The position numbers and the translations under genes are program-made. A stretch of DNA of 64,000 nucleotides from Candidatus Poribacteria bacterium. Lineage in GTDB: Bacteria; Poribacteria; WGA-4E; WGA-3G. The stretch covers positions 4,300,705 to 4,364,704 of the forward strand of contig CAXXLX010000001.1 in the NCBI GenBank assembly GCA_963665235.2, written 5' to 3'. The notes below the pieces were generated by a model that did no database searches, was not told the origin of the DNA, and saw only the letters and a program-made list of their open reading frames with translations. Below are positions 9,959 to 17,454 of this stretch, piece after piece. How positions within the stretch are numbered: position 1 is the first letter of the stretch; each line of letters starts with the position of its first letter.

Positions 9959-10933
9959 ATGCGCACCCTTTTTATTATCAGCATACTCTTCATCAGTATC
10001 GTGCCCGTTGCCTCCGCAAAAATCGTGTGGATGGCGTTCTGGGAAATCTGTGTCATGGACGATGATGGCAGCAACCGCCAAAGATTGACACATAATGATC
10101 GCTATGACACGAAACCACGCTGGTCACCCAATGGAAAGTGGATCGTTTTTCAGGGCGAACAACCTAAGGAAACCAATGAACAAAATCATGATCTGTTCCT
10201 CATGAATATAGATGGAACACAGATACGGAAACTTACCACCTACACAGGGCTTGATGTAAATCCAGACTGGTCCCCCGATAGTCAACACATAGTCTTTACA
10301 AGTACGCGAGGTGATGTGACGAGTCTTCATATCCTGGATGTTGAGACACAAGATGTCCGCGACCTCACGCGCACCCTAAAGGGGCAGGCCGCGGATAGCG
10401 CGGCTTGGTCTCATGATGGGAAACAGATTGCCTATGTAGGCAAGACTCTAAACCCCTTCACATCCGCCATCTACATCATAGGGGCAGATGGTAAAAACCC
10501 ACGTGCCCTCTTCCGCCCCGTGGTTGCACAGTACCATTCTCCCGACTGGTCGCCGGATGGGAAACATATTCTGTATGGCGAAAAAAAAGCCGTAGGCAAA
10601 ATGCGGATTTCAGATAAAATCGTCATTCGCACCGTTAATGGGAATTTGGTAAAGGAATTAGAAATGCCGGCGCTTGCGAAATGGTCAATACAAGCCGCTT
10701 GTTGGATGGGGACGAAACATGTTCTCATTGATGCCATAGAAGACTTCAAAGCCGCTGATGGGGGGCAGAGTGATATCTATCGGTATACACTATCCACCGA
10801 TGAAATCGTCAATCTCACGAAATCAGATAGAACTAACGACGGTTTTCCGGATTGGATAGATGATGGGGCACTAGCTGTTTCTCCTGTGAGCAAACTCGCC
10901 ATCCGATGGGCACAACTCAAGCAAATCCATTAA
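9959..10933 (+). CDS. Secreted TolB-like (PD40 repeat) beta-propeller protein
   Basis: PRWSPNGK, PDWSPDS and PDWSPDGK repeats; C-terminal AVSPVSKLAIRWAQLK motif. Confidence 0.85.
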   Translation: MRTLFIISILFISIVPVASAKIVWMAFWEICVMDDDGSNRQRLTHNDRYDTKPRWSPNGKWIVFQGEQPKETNEQNHDLFLMNIDGTQIRKLTTYTGLDVNPDWSPDSQHIVFTSTRGDVTSLHILDVETQDVRDLTRTLKGQAADSAAWSHDGKQIAYVGKTLNPFTSAIYIIGADGKNPRALFRPVVAQYHSPDWSPDGKHILYGEKKAVGKMRISDKIVIRTVNGNLVKELEMPALAKWSIQAACWMGTKHVLIDAIEDFKAADGGQSDIYRYTLSTDEIVNLTKSDRTNDGFPDWIDDGALAVSPVSKLAIRWAQLKQIH

Positions 10934-10955
10934 GACAGTATCACAACTAAGAAGG

Positions 10956-11399
10956 TTGATTAACAGTAGCAAAAAATCTGTGTTTTTCAGAACATAAGCT
11001 TATGTTACTAAACCTTTTAGGCAATTAAACGTCTAAATTAATGTTTTACATCTGAATGTTCCGCGTTGTGAGTTGTGTTACTTAAACACCATGTACAGAG
11101 TGCTTAGCGGGCATCCGCCCAATGTTTGCCTGGGTGGGCACAACCTCTGACAACGAAAGTAGCGAAAACCAAGCTTTGATGGAAATAGCAGGCGGAAATT
11201 GTGATAAAAACCTGCTTGGTAGTGTGACTTCGAAGCACGTAAAAAACATCGAACCTTCACAGAAGAAGCAATAAGCGTTCGCTGCCTTGTGTAGCGAACT
11301 TTGGGAGATGACCCCTGGCTGTATTCGTACAGCTTGCAAAACGTGTGTGGAAGTGAAATACATAGTATTCCACGGAAATATACAGTTTAATATCATCGG
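10956..11399 (+). mobile_element. ORF-less ~444-bp structured element, copy 1 (putative non-autonomous IS607-like)
   Basis: Second copy at 11782-12718; both begin (A)TTGATTAACAGTAGC after GG and end ATATCATCGG; covarying hairpins between the copies. Confidence 0.7.
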
Positions 11400-11504
11400 T
11401 AACTGATGCCAACACTCACCCAACTGCGCGATGATGCGTTTTCAGCGTCCCAAGAGGCACATAACCGCATGAAACGGGAGATGGCTATCTACAAAAATGA
11501 ACTT

Positions 11505-11636
11505 AATTCTGGGTCGCGGGGATGTGTTACCGGGTCGCAGGTTCGACTCCTGCCAGTAGACCGAGCGTCATGCGAAGCCTACTGTAGCTCAGTGGTAGAG
11601 CACAATATTCAACGCATTCTGTTCTTATCCAGAATT
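11505..11636 (+). ncRNA. YrlA-like Y RNA copy 3
   Basis: AATTCTGGGTCGCG / CTTATCCAGAATT (compensatory change relative to copies 1-2); same T-arm, acceptor-like stem and D-arm. Confidence 0.85.
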
Positions 11637-11642
11637 TTATTT

Positions 11643-11730
11643 GGCGGGCCGAAGTCCTACGTTAACTGCCCGTATAGTAATACACAAAGTGTATCTATAC
11701 TTAAATATCGTAGTACACACCTTGCCCGCT
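11643..11730 (+). ncRNA. Short Y RNA (YrlB-like) copy 3
   Basis: GGCGGGCCGAAGTCCTACG ... CGTAGTACACACCTTGCCCGCT. Confidence 0.8.
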
Positions 11731-11781
11731 GCCTTAAAAAAACGTTAAAAATATAAACCAAACTTAAACTCTGGGTCGAGG

Positions 11782-12718
11782 ATTGATTAACAGTAGCAAA
11801 AAACCTCTATTTTTCTAGGAACATAAGCTTATGTTCCTAAACCTTTTTGAGAACTTGACATACTCTCCCAGCTAAAGCAAGGGAGATTCTTTTAAAAAGT
11901 TCCGCTACGCGTTAGCTATTGGATTGTGGTTTTCAGACGTGTGAACGTCAACGGAGATGCTTGGGCTGTTCCAAGTCTTACTGCCCCTAACTCAAAGGAA
12001 TGCCCTTCGTGCTTCGCACCTTCTTTATGCGTTGTGAATCAGTGCTTTGGTATCCAATGCAGCATGACCCGTCTTTTGGATACCGAAAGCATTGCACAAA
12101 AATGTGGATATTGACTGGGTATCGCCAGAACATCAGCACACAACCCTACCATAGGTTGAGGTTCGGAACTTCAACATTGGTGGCGTTGAAGGTGGTAATC
12201 CGAACCACTGATGATATATATATTATACCACATTTTAATGCAAAAGTCAAATTAAAATTTTAGCTCATGCGCCGCTACTACATCCCCCAGCTAAAGCACG
12301 GGGGTTTTGTAGCGGAAGACTTGATAAATTTATGTTTTTAATGTTTTACATCTGAATGTTCCGCGTTGTGAGTCGTGTTACTTAAACACCATGTACAGAG
12401 TGCTTAGCGGGCATCCGCTCAATGTTTGCCTGGGTGGGCATGACCTCTGACAACGAAAGTAGCGAAAACCAAGCTTTGATGGAAATGAGAGGGCAAAGAA
12501 AACGTGAAAAAACCTCTCTGGTAGTGTGACTTCGAAGCACAATAAAAACCTCGAATATTCACAGTATAAGCGTTCGTTGCCTTGTGTAGCGAACTTTGGG
12601 AGATGACCCCTGGCTGTATTTATACAGCTTGCAAAACGTGTATGGAAGTGAAATACCTAGTGTTCCACAGGCTTCAGGCTACAAGCCTGCTCTTCAATAT
12701 ACAGTTTAATATCATCGG
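11782..12718 (+). mobile_element. ORF-less structured element, copy 2, inserted in Y RNA 4 and carrying a nested MITE
   Basis: Colinear with 10956-11399 once 11855-12323 is removed. Confidence 0.7.
11855..12323 (-). mobile_element. Non-autonomous IS200/IS605 derivative (no tnpA or tnpB) with promoter and omega-RNA-like 3' end
   Basis: Both ends nearly identical to those of the TnpB element 58362-59770 (TTAT|CAA..AAAA-hairpin left end; GAAT-hairpin..TCAA right end); TTGACT-17-TATAAT at 12250-12222. Confidence 0.85.
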
Positions 12719-12823
12719 CGCACATCATCGGAAGCAAGCAGGTTCGACCCCTGCCGGCGCACTTGTGTTTGACGCGCAAGTTTGCCGAGCAATGTCCGCT
12801 GTTTCTTATCCAGAGACACATTT

Positions 12824-12890
12824 GGCGGGCCGAAGTCCTACGTTAACCTATATTTATCCCATATAACCCGTAGGACACACCTTGCCCGCT
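12824..12890 (+). ncRNA. Short Y RNA (YrlB-like) copy 4, directly upstream of rsr
   Basis: GGCGGGCCGAAGTCCTACG ... CGTAGGACACACCTTGCCCGCT. Confidence 0.8.
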
Positions 12891-12910
12891 ACATTTCAAA
12901 AGGTGACATC

Positions 12911-14557
12911 ATGAGCTATTTAGGGAAATATTCTCCATTGCATCCACATCAGCGGCAGCCGTTGGACGAAAAACAGGTCCAAAATTCTGCCGGCGGATAC
13001 GCCTATCCTGTCTCTATCTGGACAAACTTAGACCGGTTTCTCATTTTAGGGACCGAAGGCGGCTCCTATTACGCCACAGAACAGGATTTGACGAAGGTCA
13101 ATGTCGATGCTGTCAAGCAGTGCATTGCCGAGGATGGGGTTCAAGTTGTTGAGCGGATACGTGAGATTTCTGTCTCCGGGCGCGCCCCGAAAAATGACCC
13201 CGCATTATACGCACTAGCCCTTGCCTTTACCCATGGCGATACGGCAACGAAACGAAAAGTGGAAGAGGTCTTCTGTGATGTCGCACGTATCGGCACACAC
13301 CTATTCAACTTTGTGGTGTTTGTAGACGGTATGCGTGGCTGGGGCAGGTCGCTACGCCGATTAGTCGGCAACTGGTACCGCACGAAGGACGATAACACCT
13401 TGGCGTATCAGGTCCTGAAATATCAATCTCGGAACAGTTGGCGGCATGCGGATGTCCTTGCAAAGTGCCACTACGGTGAAAACCGGGGCATCTACCGTTG
13501 GATAAAAGGGCTTGACACGGATAAGCGTATTGTGCATCGCACCCTACAAAATGAAGAAAAGACAGCTACCGTTTACGAGGCCACCGACGCTTTGCCTGAA
13601 TTGCTCGCCGGATATGAGGACCTGAAACGCACAGAGAAACGCGTGGATGTTATCCAGCTCATTGAGAAACATCAATTCACCCACGAAATGGTGCCGAACG
13701 AGTGGAAAAATGAAACGGAAGTATGGGCGGCGTTGCTACAGAACATGCCCGTTATGGCAACGGTGCGAAACCTCGGTAAGATGACGCAAATCGGGTTGTT
13801 GAAACCTTTTGGAGCAGAGGTTCAAACCGTGCTAGAAAGACTCTCCGCTGAGGCGATTCAACGTTCGCGCATCCATCCTATCCAAATCCTTATGGCGTTG
13901 ATAACATACAAGGCAGGTAAGGGAGTGAGAGGCAGCTTAACCTGGGAGCCCGTGCCGCAGATTGTTGATGGGTTGGACGCTGCGTTTTATATGGCGTTCG
14001 ATAACGTTGAACCGAGCCAAAAGAACACGCTCCTAGCACTTGATGTCTCTGGGTCAATGGCAGGCAGAACTGTGGCAGGATGTGAAGGCTTAACACCGCG
14101 TAATGCGTCCGCTGCCATGGCACTCGTAACCGCACGCACGGAACCGCATTATCATATCTTCGGGTTTTCAGAAGGTTTTGTGACCCTGCCGATTACAGCA
14201 AACGATACGTTGGATAGTGCTATTAAAGCTGTCTCTGGATTGCCCTTTGATGGCACCGATTGCGCTCTCCCCATGCTGTATGCATTGGAACATAAACTAC
14301 AGATAGACACCTTCGTCATCTATACAGATAATGAAACGTGGTATGGCGACATTCATCCGAAAACAGCATTGGACAACTATCGGCAAAAGATGGGGCGACC
14401 CGCAAAGTGTGCTGTTGTCGGGATGGTGGCGAACGACTTCTCTATCGCTGACCCAGAGGATGCGGGCATGCTCGATTTTGTCGGGTTTGATACCGCTACA
14501 CCTGCATTGCTCAGTGATTTCGCTAAAGATGCAGACATCTCCGATGAAACGGCGTAA
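12911..14557 (+). CDS. rsr: Ro60-related TROVE domain RNA-binding protein (Rsr)
   Basis: NSAGGY, LDRFLILGTEGGSYY, RGWGR, KYQSRNSWRHAD TROVE motifs; vWA MIDAS DVSGSM, GTDC, YTDNETW; ATG 12911 with AAAGGTGA SD. Confidence 0.95.
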   Translation: MSYLGKYSPLHPHQRQPLDEKQVQNSAGGYAYPVSIWTNLDRFLILGTEGGSYYATEQDLTKVNVDAVKQCIAEDGVQVVERIREISVSGRAPKNDPALYALALAFTHGDTATKRKVEEVFCDVARIGTHLFNFVVFVDGMRGWGRSLRRLVGNWYRTKDDNTLAYQVLKYQSRNSWRHADVLAKCHYGENRGIYRWIKGLDTDKRIVHRTLQNEEKTATVYEATDALPELLAGYEDLKRTEKRVDVIQLIEKHQFTHEMVPNEWKNETEVWAALLQNMPVMATVRNLGKMTQIGLLKPFGAEVQTVLERLSAEAIQRSRIHPIQILMALITYKAGKGVRGSLTWEPVPQIVDGLDAAFYMAFDNVEPSQKNTLLALDVSGSMAGRTVAGCEGLTPRNASAAMALVTARTEPHYHIFGFSEGFVTLPITANDTLDSAIKAVSGLPFDGTDCALPMLYALEHKLQIDTFVIYTDNETWYGDIHPKTALDNYRQKMGRPAKCAVVGMVANDFSIADPEDAGMLDFVGFDTATPALLSDFAKDADISDETA

Positions 14558-14639
14558 ACCTGTACTGCCATCGGATATTCGGGCCACCCTCTAAACCAAG
14601 ATTGTGATGTAATAACAATCTAAGTGAAAGGAGTATCCA

Positions 14640-14726
14640 ATGGCGAAACGAAAACGAAGAACCTTTGGAATTTCAACGACAACACTTGTCTTAACTTTGC
14701 TAATTTTTGGTCTGAATAACCGTTAG
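14640..14726 (+). CDS. Putative 28-aa basic/hydrophobic peptide MAKRKRRTFGISTTTLVLTLLIFGLNNR
   Basis: AAAGGAG SD 6 nt upstream of ATG; below the ORF-track length cutoff. Confidence 0.4.
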   Translation: MAKRKRRTFGISTTTLVLTLLIFGLNNR

Positions 14727-14790
14727 CAGGACAAATGTCTTTCACACCTTATCCTCCAAACAACCCGTTCCTGATGGGGCCCTCTTTTTA

Positions 14791-15417
14791 TTAATCTGAA
14801 TAGTTGCATGAGACTTCTTTGTTGAAAAAAATCGGGTCATGCCAATAACATCCGACACACGTTCCATTGTATAATCCATTACCACGCACTTGGCTAACTT
14901 GATAACCTAAGCGTTTCGCGTCAAAACGCTGCCCTGTCTCTCGACACTCAACACAATGTTGTCTCTTGGCATAATTAGCAGCCTTCGATAGTGGTTGAAA
15001 ATCATCAAGTGTTACCTGATTTGCGTCACTCAGCCTCGGGTCGTCCAGTCTTCCGTCTTTATGGTCACACTCTGGACCACTTGTTCCCAATACAACACAG
15101 CGTTGTGCCCTCACCTCCTCTCTAATGTTATTGGGTATTGGCTTTTCAGTAACCGGGACTTTTCTAAAGCCTTGCAACTCAACGTGAGTTATTTTACCTC
15201 TGCCTTCAGGGTGGCGGCGAATATTGTAATATCGTGATAAACTACCGTCTTTGCGTATCCAATCACCCCCGTTTCCAAACTGGAGTGATGCATATTTTCC
15301 TACAAATTCTGTAACTGGAACTGGACAGCTGAAACCGAGATCATCTGGTTTAGCAAGCTGAATAAACAGCGCAGGCTTGCTTCCTTTTCTAAACTGAGAG
15401 CCTTGATCGTTACTCAT
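14791..15417 (-). CDS. HNH restriction endonuclease, IceA1/NlaIII family
   Basis: LF..LAKP, FGNGG.W.R, DHKDGR.DD.R, DDFQPL.KA.N..KRQ.C..C, CVGCY..DP motifs recalled from H. pylori IceA1; start overlaps the MTase stop (ATGAGTAA). Confidence 0.8.
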   Translation of the reverse strand: MSNDQGSQFRKGSKPALFIQLAKPDDLGFSCPVPVTEFVGKYASLQFGNGGDWIRKDGSLSRYYNIRRHPEGRGKITHVELQGFRKVPVTEKPIPNNIREEVRAQRCVVLGTSGPECDHKDGRLDDPRLSDANQVTLDDFQPLSKAANYAKRQHCVECRETGQRFDAKRLGYQVSQVRGNGLYNGTCVGCYWHDPIFFNKEVSCNYSD

Positions 15418-16111
15418 TCTCAATCCTCTCTTGTGAAATTTTCGCATAATTGGAATCTATATCACATCCTGCAAACCTTCGGAAATTTCTGACGGCAGCA
15501 ACACCTGTAGTTCCTGCTCCAAGGAATGGGTCCACAACAAGATCGCCCTGGTTACTGTGCTTGCGCACTAAATCCTCAAATAACTCTAAGGGTTTTTGTG
15601 TAGGGTGTTGTCTTTTACCCTTATGTCGAGGGATTGGATATTCATAGATACCAGAGTCATACTGGCTATGGAAAGTAGGTGTACCAACTTTGACCCCTGC
15701 AACAGCCATTTCTCGACTGTTAGAAAGATAAGTAGAGCGCATATTTAACGGGACAGGGTTGGTTTTCTGCCAGATAATCTGGCGAATCATTTTAAATCCT
15801 GCTAACTCCATAGCCTCTTTTACCTTACCTATCTTCCAAAGATCATACCACACGATGGCAGTTCCGCCACGACGCAAGGATTTATAAAACACCCTTGCCA
15901 TCGCTTCGAGATTTATCTCAACGTGATCCCATACACCGAAGTCCATACTAACGGCGAATTTCTTTTCACCGTTCACCACTGCCGAAAATCCTGTTTTTTT
16001 ACTAATGCAATATGGTGGATCTGTTAAGATAAGGTCTACTGATCCAGCCGGTAACGAATCCATAAATTCATGATAATCAGATACTTTGACGCTAAATTCT
16101 GTAAAGGGCAT
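15410..16111 (-). CDS. Site-specific DNA N6-adenine/N4-cytosine methyltransferase, beta class
   Basis: TDPPY precedes HPTQKP and DPFLGAGTT. Confidence 0.9.
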   Translation of the reverse strand: MPFTEFSVKVSDYHEFMDSLPAGSVDLILTDPPYCISKKTGFSAVVNGEKKFAVSMDFGVWDHVEINLEAMARVFYKSLRRGGTAIVWYDLWKIGKVKEAMELAGFKMIRQIIWQKTNPVPLNMRSTYLSNSREMAVAGVKVGTPTFHSQYDSGIYEYPIPRHKGKRQHPTQKPLELFEDLVRKHSNQGDLVVDPFLGAGTTGVAAVRNFRRFAGCDIDSNYAKISQERIENE

Positions 16112-16525
16112 AGTTGTCTTCTCTCTTATTTAACCCAAGTTGCTAGTTAATAGTATGGTTTGGACAGTTTCATCTTTGCCTTTCATTATTTTTCCACTTT
16201 TTTGCTGCTAGCCCACCTACTACGCAGACGGTCTTTACCGTGCAGTACTGGTATCCGTCGCCAGCAGTCCGCGCTTAATCAACGCGTTAATTTGATTTTA
16301 CACTAAGAGTATAACATATATTTTGCTACTTGTCAAGTGAAAATATAAAAAAATGGGTGTGTAAAGTTTTTGTACTATGATAGAGGGAAGAATGAAAGAT
16401 TGGATTTCGCGTGTGTGTTGTCTGAATGCACATCGCATTTGGGCGAGTACACCGCAAATCGCGGATTATCGCGGAGGACACGGAAGACGCGGAGTTTAAG
16501 AGGTGTCCGCCTATCTAAAAAGGTA

Positions 16526-17362
16526 TCGCGTGCACAGCACGCTCCTACAGAGGAAAAGAGGGCGCGTGCACAGCACGCTCCTACAGAGGAGAAGAGGGCG
16601 CGTCACAGCACGCTCCTACAGAGGAAAAGAGGGCGCGTCACAGCACACTCCTACAGAGGAGAAGCGGTCGCGTGCACGCGTACAGAGGAGAAGCGGTCGC
16701 GCACAGCACGCTCCTACAGAGGAGAAGAGGGCGCGTGCACAGCACGCTCCTACAGAGGAAAAGAGGGCGCGTCACAGCACGCTCCTACAGAGGAGAAGAG
16801 GGCGCGTCACAGCACGCTCCTACAGAGGAAAAGAGGGCGCGTCACAGCACACTCCTACAGAGGAGAAGAGGGCGCGTCACAGCACGCTCCTACAGAGGAA
16901 AAGAGGGCGCGTGCACAGCACACTCCTACAGAGGAGAAGAGGGCGCGTGCACAGCACGCTCCTACAGAGGAAAAGAGGGCGCGTGCACAGCACACTCCTA
17001 CAGAGGAGAAGAGGGCGCGTGCACAGCACACTCCTACAGAGGAAAAGAGGGCGCGTGCACAGCACACTCCTACAGAGGAAAAGAGGGCGCGTGCACAGCA
17101 CGCTCCTACAGAGGAAAAGAGGGCGCGTGCACAGCACACTCCTACAGAGGAGAAGAGGGCGCGTGCACAGCACACTCCTACAGAGGAAAAGAGGGCGCGT
17201 GCACAGCACACTCCTACAGAGGAAAAGAGGGCGCGTGCACAGCACGCTCCTACAGAGGAGAAGAGGGCGCGTGCACAGCACGCTCCTACAGAGGAAAAGA
17301 GGGCGCGTCACAGCACGCTCCTACAGAGGAAAAGAGGGCGCGTCACAGCACACTCCTACAGA
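16526..17362. repeat. Tandem array of ~23-24 copies of a 35-36-bp REP-like unit
   Basis: gggcgcgtgcacagcac(g/a)ctcctacagagga(a/g)aaga repeated without spacers; the minus strand is GTAG-GA-GCGTGC-TGT-GCACGC. Confidence 0.95.
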
Positions 17363-17454
17363 AATGACCCTGAAGATGTTTAAATATTAGATTGCACAAT
17401 TAAGGTGAAATGTGGTATGATAACAGCATCAACGTCTAAAGGAGGGATCTAGCA

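Larger units (their letters stand above)
11769..12815 (+). ncRNA. Divergent long Y RNA copy 4, interrupted by nested insertions (segments ~11769-11781 and ~12717-12815)
   Basis: 5' CTCTGGGTCGAGG after the conserved AACTTAAA leader; 3' part has T-arm GCAGGTTCGACCCCTGC and ends CTTATCCAGAG; GGCGCACAT pairs with ATGTCCGCT; no D-arm. Confidence 0.7.

Noticed and set aside
10956-11399. Canonical group I or group II intron call for the structured element
   Set aside because: No recognisable P7 (GACUA/UAGUC) or P/Q motifs, no GUGYG 5' end, and no proper domain V with catalytic triad. Kept only as a testable possibility.
8846-11602. tRNA genes suggested by GGTTCGA T-loops and TAGCTCAGTGGTAGAGC D-arms
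   Set aside because: The T-arm precedes the D-arm, the acceptor-like stem is closed by a loop, and there is no anticodon arm or CCA end. The Ro-binding stem replaces the anticodon arm, which is the YrlA architecture.
9292-12910. ORFs 9292-9534, 11406-11756 (3' part), 12582-12866 and the N-terminal extension of rsr from 12782
   Set aside because: They overlap the Y RNA genes or structured elements. The rsr start with an SD is ATG 12911.
16526-17362. CRISPR array or repeat-protein ORFs (RARAQHTPTEEK etc.)
   Set aside because: No spacers and no cas genes; ORFs are open in several frames on both strands simply because the 36-bp unit lacks stop codons.
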